From a bacterium (GTDB taxonomy: Bacteria; Patescibacteriota; Minisyncoccia; Phycocordibacterales; Phycocordibacteraceae): 64,000 nt of DNA. Where the stretch lies: the NCBI GenBank assembly GCA_037200965.1, contig JBBCGK010000001.1, positions 1 to 64,000 on the forward strand, in the 5' to 3' direction. The position numbers and the translations under genes are program-made. Each line of letters opens with the position of its first letter. The stretch's first letter is position 1. Shown piece by piece: positions 45,738-55,491 of this stretch. The notes beneath the pieces were generated by a model. It was given only the letters and a program-made list of their open reading frames with translations. It was not told where the DNA came from and did no database searches.

Positions 45738-46000
45738 TTCTTGGGTAGCTTGCTATCGAGGTACAAGCCGGTGAGTCCTACGAGAGCAATGATGAGCGCC
45801 GCAAGCCATTCTTGGTCGAATCCCGATAGAAGCTCATCGAGATGCAGCCAGAGGAAGACAATCGCTCCGATGATGAACAGTGCTTTGCCCGTGTTCCAAA
45901 CTTCTCGCCAGGTTATCTTCGACCTTGTAGGGATACCGGCATCGGCCGTATTTTCCGCTAGCTTTTGCGTCCGTTTTCCAATGTGATTTTCGTTGCTCAT
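45734..46000 (-). CDS. small membrane protein (hypothetical)
   Basis: 88 aa with two TM helices. 4-nt overlaps on both sides. Confidence 0.4.
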   Translation of the reverse strand: MSNENHIGKRTQKLAENTADAGIPTRSKITWREVWNTGKALFIIGAIVFLWLHLDELLSGFDQEWLAALIIALVGLTGLYLDSKLPKK

Positions 46001-46188
46001 AAAATATTTTTGCTATTGCTGATAAATGCTTCGTACTCCTCACGTCGAATGAGCCATTTATTTCCAATGCGAAAGAAGCCTGGGATTTTTCCGGCTTCAA
46101 TCCATCGAAGTACCGTTGCGCGCGATACGTTCAAATCGGCAGCGACTTCAGATACATTTATCGTTTTACTTTGGATTTCTTCGCTCAT
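45997..46188 (-). CDS. excisionase/MerR-like helix-turn-helix DNA-binding protein
   Basis: 63 aa. HTH (VSEVAADLNVSRATVLRWIEAGKIPGFRIGNKWLI) typical of excisionase-family HTH proteins. First gene of the recombinase operon. Confidence 0.6.
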   Translation of the reverse strand: MSEEIQSKTINVSEVAADLNVSRATVLRWIEAGKIPGFFRIGNKWLIRREEYEAFISNSKNIL

Positions 46189-46593
46189 AACATTTAGTAG
46201 ATATTTACTTCGATACGATGATTCGTTTGTACGTGTTTGTTATCCACTTGACCTGCAACACGCACTTGGTATGATTTACTTGTAGTCGGATGCTGCTATT
46301 TGCATCATTTGAACGGCTGCTAATATCTATTTAGTGCCATTGCCCCGTGAGGGGTCTTTTTCGTTCTAGGCTTTCCATGTTGCTGCTCTGTTTCTTTCCA
46401 CGGGTATGGCACCTCACTTCCTCTCAATGACCTCTGCAAGTGGTGCATGGGTATGCAAGTGTCATAAAGAATGAACTCGCAGGGGTGTCATCTACTCCAT
46501 GCCCGCCGGATTCTGTGAAAACAAAAATCCGGTGGTGGTAGTTGTCGGTTTGTCCCTCGCACTGTGGGCGGGGACACCCTCACCATGTGGAAG

Positions 46594-46857
46594 TTATTTT
46601 GTCGAAACTTCCTTCTTGGGATTCAGGTAGCCCTCGACAATTTCATCAAGCAGCTCTGACATTGCCATTTCTTCTTCTGCTGCTCGCAGCTTCAACTTTT
46701 GTGCGTTTGATACTGACATACGAACTTGCCGTGTAATGCGCTTTTTACGTGCTTGCCAGCCACGCTTCATCGCATTACTCATCTGCTGCTGATAGTGCTG
46801 GTGCATTGCATCCTCTATTTGCTTCGTGAAATCTATTTTTTGTACCTTTGTCGACAT
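46594..46857 (-). CDS. hypothetical protein (possibly ribbon-helix-helix)
   Basis: 87-aa basic/acidic helical ORF in the island. Confidence 0.3.
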   Translation of the reverse strand: MSTKVQKIDFTKQIEDAMHQHYQQQMSNAMKRGWQARKKRITRQVRMSVSNAQKLKLRAAEEEMAMSELLDEIVEGYLNPKKEVSTK

Positions 46858-47177
46858 AGATTAGTTATTACGACTCTTATATCCTTCATCTCCCCGAAGA
46901 TGCCGGAATCTGAAACCTAGTAATGAACTCATAGCATCCGTCCAAACCTTCAATCAGTCGGGCTTTCACCTTCAGCATCGCCTCATCACGGCGACACTTT
47001 CCCGAACGTTTGTCTGACAAGGCTAGACGGCCAGTTATCGTTTGATGTGCAGGTGAAGTCCCCCGTCGCAGAGTCGTCAGGCGGAGCGGGGACTGGTATC
47101 TGCACACCAATCCGATTATTCGGCCGGTTTTTTATCGAGGACTCGCCGACGACCTCGTGCTTTGAGCTTGTAGAGAG

Positions 47178-47390
47178 CTACGCCTGCATTTCGGCTGGCG
47201 CGGGCAGCGTACTCACAAAGGGTGATGGCATTGCCTTGTCCTTTGCAGATACGAGACCTTTCTTTTGCCAACTATCAAATGCGAGATTTGCAGCGATGTA
47301 GAGTTCATCACGGACAGCCTCAACAGCCTCATCGGAGAGGAGGTTTGCTTCGTTGCCTAGAACTTTTTTGCATTGCGCGATGCTCAACAT
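47178..47390 (-). CDS. hypothetical protein
   Basis: 70-aa ORF in the island. Confidence 0.3.
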   Translation of the reverse strand: MLSIAQCKKVLGNEANLLSDEAVEAVRDELYIAANLAFDSWQKKGLVSAKDKAMPSPFVSTLPAPAEMQA

Positions 47391-47678
47391 AAGGGTTGGC
47401 GTCGGCGCGTTGTGAGCAGTTTCTAATTTGTGGAGCTGTTCAAAAGAAAAGACCCGCAGAAGAATCAGAAAACCACTGTGTAAACAGTGTCTTACTAGTT
47501 CCTATGCGGGGCGGAGTTGGTGCCTGGCTATCGAGAAGTCTCGATGTGCTCTGCGGCTAAAAAATTTGCCCTTGCCGTATTAGTTGACGTTGATATGCAA
47601 CGTGCTGACTGGGTACAGTTTAGTGCTGTAGACAATGAGACGCAAGCGTTTTTCAACAATGCTTGTGGAGAGCGACCA

Positions 47679-47709
47679 TGTCAATATGACAGTTTAGTCA
47701 ATTTTGTCA
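47679..47709 (+). promoter_or_regulatory. candidate operator: perfect palindrome TGTCAATATGACA plus a third TGTCA half-site
   Basis: TGTCA-ATA-TGACA at 47679-47691. A further inverted TGTCA sits at 47705-47709. Located ~60-90 bp upstream of the HTH gene that precedes the Type III R-M operon. Confidence 0.4.
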
Positions 47710-47767
47710 TAGTTTGATATACTATGACCATCGGCGTGAGGGATTATTATTAGACCGCCGCTTCAAT

Positions 47768-47968
47768 ATGGCTTCAAAGGACAAAAACTACCTGACGATT
47801 CAAGAAGTCGCCAAAAAATTGGAGGAGCGGCACTTCGACATCACCGAGCGAACGGTGTATCGCTATGTCCAAAAAGGAAAGATACGGGCAATCAAAATCG
47901 GCGGCTGGCGTATCGAGAAAAAAGATTTTGAAAAGTTCCTCGAAGAAAGCTCAAACACCAAGAAATAA
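47768..47968 (+). CDS. excisionase-family HTH DNA-binding protein (candidate controller of the R-M operon)
   Basis: ATG at 47768 (MASKDKNYLTIQEVAKKLE...RTVYRYVQKGKIRAIKIGGWRI). Stop is 4 nt before the mod start. Confidence 0.55.
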   Translation: MASKDKNYLTIQEVAKKLEERHFDITERTVYRYVQKGKIRAIKIGGWRIEKKDFEKFLEESSNTKK

Positions 47969-47972
47969 TTTT

Positions 47973-49769
47973 ATGAAGAACCAGCCAACAAAAGTAAATC
48001 TCGCCTCCGCAAATCTCTCCGAGGAGAAGCTGTTTGAGTTGCGGCGTATCCTTCCCGAAGCGTTCAGCGAAAACAAAATTGACTGGGAGAAGCTCCGCAC
48101 GGTTCTTGGCGACGCGGTGGATGCTCATATCGAGAAGTTCGGCTTTACCTGGGCGGGCAAGGGCAACGCCATCAAGAATGTTTTGATACCGAGCAAGGCC
48201 ACGCTCAACCCCGCTCCCGACGAGAGTGTGATGTTCGACGAGAGCCAGAATCTTTTTATCGAGGGCGACAACCTCGAAGTCTTGAAGCTTTTGCAAAAGG
48301 CGTACTTTGAGAAGGTGAAGATGATTTATATAGACCCGCCGTACAACACCGGCGGCGACTTCGTGTACAAGGACAACTTTACCGCACCGCTTGATAACTA
48401 CCTCCATCAGACCGGCCAGAAGAACGGCAACGGCGAGCATCTCACGACAAACAAGGAAACCAACGGCCGCTTCCACAGCGATTGGCTCTCAATGATGTAT
48501 CCGCGTCTCAAGCTCGCGTGGAATCTTTTGCGCGACGACGGCGTTATCTTCATCAGCATTGATGATAACGAGGTGCATCATCTCCGCATATTGCTAAATG
48601 AAGTGTTTGGCGAAGAAAACTTTATTGGTGAGTTTATCGTCGTACGTGCAGAAGGGGGTGGTTTAGCACATCAGTATGTGAAAGGACATGATTATCTGCT
48701 TGCATACGCAAAGTCTATTACAGACTTTGAACCACTCCGTCGCCCGAAAGATATTAGAGGCAAAATTATTGAGAAAGACGGCAAGGAATACTGGATAGAA
48801 GAAGACTGGCTCCGCCGAGAGTTCGGTAAGTACGGCACTCTCCTATACGAAGACATTGAGGAAGTGAAGGGGGCTAACAAGAAAGCGGAAATTGACGCTG
48901 GTTTGCAGAGCGGAGAGTATCAACTGATAAAGAAAAATGGCGGCCATATTGTTGGTCGACTTCGCCTAATTGAAGAAGATGGCTCCAAGTTCTACAGCAT
49001 CCTCAAACATCTTTCTGCGAGGGGAAACGATGATTTGCAGGAATTGGAAATGGGCAAACTCTTTGACTTTCCAAAGCCGGTATCTTTGCTGCGCGAACTC
49101 ATTTTGGGAGCCACGTTCTTTAGTAAGAATGACGGCGATATTATTCTCGACTTTTTCGCTGGCTCTGGTACCACGGCTCATGCTGTAATGGCACAAAATG
49201 CGGAAGATGGAGGCAATCGAAAGTGGATTGCTGTTCAACTACCGGAGAAGACCGAGAGCGATAGCGAAGCGTTCAAAGCCGGATACAAAACTATTGCCGA
49301 CCTTACTAAAGAACGTATACGCCGCGCCGCAAAGAAGCTAGAAAATACTGATGGCTTCAAAATCTTCAAGCTCGCAGCATCAAACTACCCCGAGAACGCT
49401 TTTGAGTTCGACCCAGATAAAACAGAAGACGAGAACAAAGCCGCCTTCGAGGACTACTTGAAGCACGCAAAGCGCGCCAAGCTTATTGACGACCTAGACG
49501 AGACGAGCGTCATCTACGAAAACATCGTCAAGGAAGGATTCTCGCTCAACTCCAAGATTCAGGAAGGCGTGCCAGGAAACAACAAGGTCTACACCATCAC
49601 CGACGGCGACCGGCAGTTTTCTATCTGCCTCGACCGTTCGATTGATGACACGACCGTAAAGAACATCACGGAGTGGGCTAAAGGAGCGACCTTTATCTGC
49701 TTCGATAATGCGCTCTCTGACAGCCAGAAAGCAAACCTCGGCCTCCACGTGGAGCTGAAAACGATATAA
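47973..49769 (+). CDS. mod: Type III restriction-modification system methyltransferase (Mod, N6-adenine)
   Basis: ATG at 47973 (MKNQPTKVNL). SAM motif and catalytic DPPY (IYIDPPYNTGGDF). Central variable (target-recognition) region. Motif I (FFAGSGTTAHA) after it, as in Mod enzymes. Confidence 0.85.
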   Translation: MKNQPTKVNLASANLSEEKLFELRRILPEAFSENKIDWEKLRTVLGDAVDAHIEKFGFTWAGKGNAIKNVLIPSKATLNPAPDESVMFDESQNLFIEGDNLEVLKLLQKAYFEKVKMIYIDPPYNTGGDFVYKDNFTAPLDNYLHQTGQKNGNGEHLTTNKETNGRFHSDWLSMMYPRLKLAWNLLRDDGVIFISIDDNEVHHLRILLNEVFGEENFIGEFIVVRAEGGGLAHQYVKGHDYLLAYAKSITDFEPLRRPKDIRGKIIEKDGKEYWIEEDWLRREFGKYGTLLYEDIEEVKGANKKAEIDAGLQSGEYQLIKKNGGHIVGRLRLIEEDGSKFYSILKHLSARGNDDLQELEMGKLFDFPKPVSLLRELILGATFFSKNDGDIILDFFAGSGTTAHAVMAQNAEDGGNRKWIAVQLPEKTESDSEAFKAGYKTIADLTKERIRRAAKKLENTDGFKIFKLAASNYPENAFEFDPDKTEDENKAAFEDYLKHAKRAKLIDDLDETSVIYENIVKEGFSLNSKIQEGVPGNNKVYTITDGDRQFSICLDRSIDDTTVKNITEWAKGATFICFDNALSDSQKANLGLHVELKTI

Positions 49770-49771
49770 CT

Positions 49772-52402
49772 ATGAAGTTCAAGTTTGACGCAAACCAAGA
49801 TTTTCAAATAAACGCAGTCAACGCCATCGTTGGCGTCTTTGAAGGTCAGCCGAAGCGTCAAAGTGTGGTAGTAAATGTGCCCGCACTTTCCGTTTCCGGC
49901 TCATTGCCGCTCCAAACTACATACGGCATCTATCCGAACGAGCTGACGCTTTCCGACGAGGAGGTGTTTGCCAACGTCTGGAAGATTCAAGAGCAAAACA
50001 AAATCGGCAATGGCGGCACGGTTGAGGAGTACGACTTTTCTATCGAGATGGAGACGGGTACGGGTAAGACGTATGTGTACCTTCGTACCGTCTTTGAACT
50101 CAACAAGCAATACGGATGGAAGAAGTTTATCGTTCTCGTGCCGTCCGTCGCCATCCGCGAGGGCGTCATCAAGACGCTCCAAATCACCAAAGACCACTTC
50201 GCCGAGCTGTACGACAACGTGCCGTACCGCTTCTACGAGTACCAGTCCAAGAACATCTCGCAGGTGAAGCGCTTTGCGGAATCCAGCAACCTGGAGATTA
50301 TGGTGATGACGGTAGGTGCGTTCAACAAGGACGCGAACGTGCTCTATGCCGCCCGCGACCAGATGCAGGGCGAGCAGCCTATCAGCTACATCCAGCGCAG
50401 CAACCCCGTCCTCATCCTCGACGAGCCGCAGAATATGGAAGGTGAAGCGACGAAGGAGGCGCTCAAGAACTTCAACGCGCTTGCACGCCTGCGATACTCC
50501 GCGACGCATCGCAATCCGTACAACCTCATGTACCAGCTCACGCCGTTCGATGCGTATCAGCTCGGCCTCGTAAAGAAGATTGAGGTGTATTCCGTTACGG
50601 ATGACGACACCGGCATCTCGCGCCCGTCGCTCAACCTCATCTCCGTTGAATCCGGCAAGGCGCTCAAGGCAAAGTTAGAGGCCATCGTGAAAGATGCCGA
50701 CGGCGCATTGAAGCGCAAGAAGCTCACCGTCAAACAGAACGACGACCTCGCGCAGAAGACCGGCAACGACGTATACGCCGGCTATATCGTGGACGAGCTT
50801 GACGCCGATGCGCCAGACCTCGGGCAGATTGGTAGGATTCGCTTTCGCAACAACGTGGAGATTCGCCAGGGTGAAGGCGTAGCAAACAACAACGAGCAAG
50901 TGATGCGCGAGCAGATTGAGCAGACCATCCGCCGCCACTTCGAGAAACGCAACCAGCTCCGCGATATGGGCATCAAGGTGCTCTCCCTCTTTTTCATAGA
51001 CAAGGTAGACAACTACGTTCAATCAGACGGGTTTATCCGCTCTGCGTTCATAGCCGAGTTCAATCGCCTCAAGAAAGACTATGGCGCTGACGGCATGGAC
51101 GTGGATACCGTCCACAAGGGATATTTCGCCAAGCGCGGCGAGGAGTATTTGGAGCGAGAGTCCAGCATCGCCGAGAACCAGGAAGCATACGAGCTGATTA
51201 TGAAGGACAAGGAGCGCCTGCTTTCCTTCGATGAGCCGACGGAGTTCATCTTCTCGCACTCCGCACTCAAGGAAGGATGGGACAACCCAAACATTTTCAA
51301 TATCTGCACCCTGCGCGAGACCGTTTCAGTCATCCGCAAGCGCCAGGAGATTGGCCGAGGTATGCGCCTCTGCGTCAATCAGGACGGAGAGCGTATTTTC
51401 TTGCGCAGCGTCAACCTGCTCTCCGTGATTGCAAACGAGAGCTATACGGAATACGTCTCATCGCTCCAGGGCGAATACGAGGAGGACGGTATCTACAAGT
51501 CTGCGCCGTTGCCGAACAATGCCAAGCGAAAGACCACGGTGAAGCTCAAGAAAGATTTTGATAAGGACACGGACTTTGCTGGTATCTGGGAACGCATCTC
51601 GAAGAAGACCCGCTATGTCGTGCAGGTTGATAGCGAGCGCGTCATCGAAGCGTCCGCAAAGCAGATTGCGAAGCTCCATCTCGCAAAGCCCAAGATGCGC
51701 GTCGAGCGCGCGGGCGTGAACATCGCGGCCGAAGGCATCACCGCAAACATCGTAGGCACCCGTGCCGAGGATTTGAGCCAGACCAAACGCACCATTGACC
51801 CTATCGAACTCATCAAAAACGAGACCAAGCTGACGCGCCACACGGTCGCGGAGATTTTGGCGAAAGCGGACAATACCGACTCCTTCCTCAAGAATCCCGA
51901 ACGCTTCTGCTTCGAGGCAACGCGCATCATCAAGGCCGAGCTGGTGAAGGATTACGTTTCCCAGATTCGCTATGAGGTACTGCCGGAGCAGTATGACCTC
52001 AAGCAGTTCGAGGACATCCCGAGCTACAAGGACGCGACGCACAAGGTGAACAACTCCATCTACGACGCCATCGTGTATGACTCCGACGTGGAGAAGAACT
52101 TTGCCGTCGCCCTCGATGCCGACGAGCGCGTGAAGCTCTTTATCAAGATGCCCAACTGGTTCAAGGTGAACACGCCTATCGGCGGCTACAATCCCGACTG
52201 GGCAATCGTAACGGCCAAGCGAGACCTCCAGGGCAACGAGGAGAAGGAGCGCGTGTATTTCGTGATTGAGACGAAGGGCGACATCTCCAACCTGCGCGAG
52301 AGCGAGGGACAAAAAATTGCTTCCGCGAAGAAGCACTTTGAAGTCATCGAGGTGAACTACAAGGAGGTCGAGAACTACGGGCAATTTGCTGAACAACTAT
52401 GA
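49772..52402 (+). CDS. res: Type III restriction enzyme Res subunit (SF2 helicase + endonuclease)
   Basis: 876 aa. Helicase motif I (ETGTGKTYVY), DEAH-like LILDEPQNM, C-terminal PD-(D/E)xK-like region. Starts 2 nt after mod. Confidence 0.85.
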   Translation: MKFKFDANQDFQINAVNAIVGVFEGQPKRQSVVVNVPALSVSGSLPLQTTYGIYPNELTLSDEEVFANVWKIQEQNKIGNGGTVEEYDFSIEMETGTGKTYVYLRTVFELNKQYGWKKFIVLVPSVAIREGVIKTLQITKDHFAELYDNVPYRFYEYQSKNISQVKRFAESSNLEIMVMTVGAFNKDANVLYAARDQMQGEQPISYIQRSNPVLILDEPQNMEGEATKEALKNFNALARLRYSATHRNPYNLMYQLTPFDAYQLGLVKKIEVYSVTDDDTGISRPSLNLISVESGKALKAKLEAIVKDADGALKRKKLTVKQNDDLAQKTGNDVYAGYIVDELDADAPDLGQIGRIRFRNNVEIRQGEGVANNNEQVMREQIEQTIRRHFEKRNQLRDMGIKVLSLFFIDKVDNYVQSDGFIRSAFIAEFNRLKKDYGADGMDVDTVHKGYFAKRGEEYLERESSIAENQEAYELIMKDKERLLSFDEPTEFIFSHSALKEGWDNPNIFNICTLRETVSVIRKRQEIGRGMRLCVNQDGERIFLRSVNLLSVIANESYTEYVSSLQGEYEEDGIYKSAPLPNNAKRKTTVKLKKDFDKDTDFAGIWERISKKTRYVVQVDSERVIEASAKQIAKLHLAKPKMRVERAGVNIAAEGITANIVGTRAEDLSQTKRTIDPIELIKNETKLTRHTVAEILAKADNTDSFLKNPERFCFEATRIIKAELVKDYVSQIRYEVLPEQYDLKQFEDIPSYKDATHKVNNSIYDAIVYDSDVEKNFAVALDADERVKLFIKMPNWFKVNTPIGGYNPDWAIVTAKRDLQGNEEKERVYFVIETKGDISNLRESEGQKIASAKKHFEVIEVNYKEVENYGQFAEQL

Positions 52403-55400
52403 ACTTCTATGGACTCTTTATCGGGATAGACAGATATGCCTCTCCAAGTATCAACTGGTTGAGTTGTGCAAAGCGTGATGCAGTAGCACTTCATGCGCTC
52501 TTTACTGACACACTTGGCGGCAGCACGAAACTACTTACAGATGAACAAGCCACGCGCCCTACCATTGAAGCGGAGTTTGCAGAACTGGCTAAATGCAAAG
52601 AGGATGACGTGGTAGTCATAACCTTCTCTGGACACGGTACTACTACGCACGAGTTAGTTGTCCATGATGCGGACAGAAGTAATTTGCCAGGCATGTGCAT
52701 CCCGCTTTCAGTTGTAAGCGAGTGGGTTGCAAAAATACCAGCAAAAAAGTTGCTGTTTATCTTGGATTGCTGCTTTTCTGGCGGCATGGGTGCGAAAGCT
52801 CTCCAGGTTGATGTTGTCTCACGTGATATAACTTCAGCCGATGATTTGCTCAAACAACTTTCTGGAGATGGACGGTTGATTTTGACCGCATCGCTTGCCA
52901 CAGAACCTGCTTGGGAGAACCAAAAGCTCGGCCACGGCTTTCTCACATATCATCTGCTGACAGCAATGCAGGGTACCGAAGAAGTGAAAAAGGCAGGTAA
53001 GATTACTGCGTACCGCTTACTTGAATACGTAACGGAAAGAGTGGTAGATGACGCAAAAAAGATTGGTAAAGAGCAACATCCAACTCTCCGCGGCACGATG
53101 GACGGCTCGTTGACGTTTCCTGTATTTACTCCTGGCACGCTATACGCCGCCGCGTTTCCAGAGAGAACAAAAGCAAAAGTTAGTGCAGATATTCAATCGC
53201 TTGAACCCTATGGATTCCCCGAGACCATACTAAAAGCATGGGCGGGTGCGATACCATCGCTCAACCAGTTGCAGATAGACGCTATCAACGACTTCGGGCT
53301 ACTTGATAGTGAGCACTTGGTTGTTTCCGCACCAACATCCTCTGGTAAGACAATGGTTGGTGAACTTGCTGCCATCAGTGGCGCACTGAAACGTCGGAGA
53401 GCACTTTTCTTATTTCCTTTGAAGGCGCTTGTAAATGACAAGCTGCGCCATTTCAATAGCACATACGGTGCGTTTGGTCTGAAAACCATCAAAGCAACTG
53501 GCGAGAGTACAAGCGATGACATGCTCCCTTTGATGCGTGGCCAGTATGATATTTGCTTGATGACGTATGAGAAGTTTTCTGCGCTCGTTCTAGGCTACCC
53601 GCATATCCTTGAGCAAATCGGAACCATTGTAGTTGATGAGGTGCAGATGATTGCCGATGAATCACGTGGAGTGAATCTTGAGTTTATCCTTACACTATTG
53701 AGGATGCGACGTAGAGAAGGAGCTGAACCGCAGCTCATTGCTCTTTCTGCCGTAATTGGTGATACCAACGGACTGGAGCGATGGCTTGGCGGCCGACTGC
53801 TGCGCAGAACAGAGCGTCCCGTGCCACTTGATGAAGGAATTATCAAAGCCGACGGCAGCTTCCGCTATATCGAGTCTGACACTGGAACGGAGAAGACCGA
53901 TACGTCTTATATTATCCCTGAATCACGCAAAGGTTCGAGCCAAGACTTGATTATCCCTCTAGTGCGAAAATTGGTCGGTGAAGGTAAAAGCGTGATTGTA
54001 TTCCGTGAGACACGGGGTGAAGCGCGCGGCTGCGCCCTCTACCTCGCAAGCTCTCTTGGATTGCCGGCCGCACAAGTTGCCCTCGATACATTGCCGAATA
54101 GCGACCCGTCCATCTCATCCAACAAGTTGCGAGAGGCACTTGGAGGCGGTATCGCTTTTCATATATCGGATTTGGATACCGAGGAGCGTCTTGTTGTAGA
54201 GGAACAATTTAGAGCCAGACCTACAGCGCTCAAAGTGATAGCCGCGACCACGACTCTTGCAATGGGAGTGAACACCCCTGCGGAGGCGGTTATCATTGCC
54301 GGTCTCACACATCCAGGAGACCATCCGTATTCAGTTGCAGAGTACAAAAACATCATCGGTCGTGCTGGACGACTTGGCTTCTCGCAGCGTGGCACTTCCT
54401 ACGTTGTCGCAATGAATGGTAGCGATGAACACCACATTTGGAATAGCTACGTTCTTGCATCCCCAGAAGACCTGAACTCCCGCTTTTTGGCAGACCATAC
54501 AGACCCGCGCACATTGATTGTGAGAGTTTTGATAGCTGCTGGTCGTGCGGGTTTGCCAGCACAGCAGATAGTTGAGTTCTTGGAGGAGAGCTTTGGCGTG
54601 TTCCAGCAGAAAGCAATAAACGCTAGCTGGAAATGGGATGAGCAACAGCTTCTGCAAGCTCTCGCTGACTTGAATGCGCACGGATTGGTTGAGAAGGATA
54701 AGGATGATGTATACCACCTCACAGAACTCGGAAAGCTGGCGGGTGTTTCTGGCGTTGAGGTGGAGTCAGTCATTCGAGCTGTGAACGCTTTAAGCGGTCT
54801 GCCGACCACAGACATCAACGACCCTGCACTCATTACGCTCTCGCAAGCAACCGCGGAGCTTGACCAGGTATTATTCCCGATGAATAAGAAAAGCACGCAA
54901 AAAGAACCGCAGGCATGGGCTACTGAAATACGAAATCAAAATGTCCCTACTCAAATAACACAGGAACTTGGGCGCAACACCTCGGATACAACGCAACAAA
55001 CATTGCGCGCTAAAAAAGCAGTAGCAAGTCTACTTTGGATAACTGACCGGCCGCTGAATGAAGTAGAGACAACTATGACACAGTTTGGCGGTGGGCTAGA
55101 TGGTGCCGCTGGTGCAATTCGTGGTGTTGCTGCACGAACGTGTGATGTGCTGCCTACGATTGCTCGCATTGCCGAACTGCTGAATCCTGGTTTTGATTTG
55201 AGCAATCGAGTATCACGACTGTTGATACGGCTTGAGATTGGCGTACCGGCCGCTGGTGTTGAACTCGGCTCTCGCATCGGCAGAATACTTACTCGTGGTG
55301 ATTATCTCAACCTTCTCAAAGCAGGCATCTCTACTGCTGAACAATTTGAGACAGCAGACGAGAAAGTCCTTTTGTCGTGCCTCGGAGACAGCACCGATAA

Positions 55401-55491
55401 ACTTGAACAAGCAAAGCTCGCATTAGAAAACACCTCACAGGAAGAACCTGCTCCGATGATGCCACCGATTTTACCAGCCTATGAAGGATAA
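52399..55491 (+). CDS. fusion protein: N-terminal caspase-like (peptidase C14/CHAT-like) domain + Ski2/Hel308/Lhr-like SF2 helicase + C-terminal helical region
   Basis: 1030 aa. Caspase-like dyad: GIDRY, catalytic His in FSGHG, catalytic Cys in LDCCFSGG. Helicase motifs I APTSSGKT, II VVDEVQMI, III SAV, VI IIGRAGRLG. Overlaps the res stop by 4 nt (ATGA). Confidence 0.7.
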   Translation: MNFYGLFIGIDRYASPSINWLSCAKRDAVALHALFTDTLGGSTKLLTDEQATRPTIEAEFAELAKCKEDDVVVITFSGHGTTTHELVVHDADRSNLPGMCIPLSVVSEWVAKIPAKKLLFILDCCFSGGMGAKALQVDVVSRDITSADDLLKQLSGDGRLILTASLATEPAWENQKLGHGFLTYHLLTAMQGTEEVKKAGKITAYRLLEYVTERVVDDAKKIGKEQHPTLRGTMDGSLTFPVFTPGTLYAAAFPERTKAKVSADIQSLEPYGFPETILKAWAGAIPSLNQLQIDAINDFGLLDSEHLVVSAPTSSGKTMVGELAAISGALKRRRALFLFPLKALVNDKLRHFNSTYGAFGLKTIKATGESTSDDMLPLMRGQYDICLMTYEKFSALVLGYPHILEQIGTIVVDEVQMIADESRGVNLEFILTLLRMRRREGAEPQLIALSAVIGDTNGLERWLGGRLLRRTERPVPLDEGIIKADGSFRYIESDTGTEKTDTSYIIPESRKGSSQDLIIPLVRKLVGEGKSVIVFRETRGEARGCALYLASSLGLPAAQVALDTLPNSDPSISSNKLREALGGGIAFHISDLDTEERLVVEEQFRARPTALKVIAATTTLAMGVNTPAEAVIIAGLTHPGDHPYSVAEYKNIIGRAGRLGFSQRGTSYVVAMNGSDEHHIWNSYVLASPEDLNSRFLADHTDPRTLIVRVLIAAGRAGLPAQQIVEFLEESFGVFQQKAINASWKWDEQQLLQALADLNAHGLVEKDKDDVYHLTELGKLAGVSGVEVESVIRAVNALSGLPTTDINDPALITLSQATAELDQVLFPMNKKSTQKEPQAWATEIRNQNVPTQITQELGRNTSDTTQQTLRAKKAVASLLWITDRPLNEVETTMTQFGGGLDGAAGAIRGVAARTCDVLPTIARIAELLNPGFDLSNRVSRLLIRLEIGVPAAGVELGSRIGRILTRGDYLNLLKAGISTAEQFETADEKVLLSCLGDSTDKLEQAKLALENTSQEEPAPMMPPILPAYEG

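Noticed and set aside
51458-52396. 312-aa minus-strand ORF
   Set aside because: Antisense to the Type III res gene.
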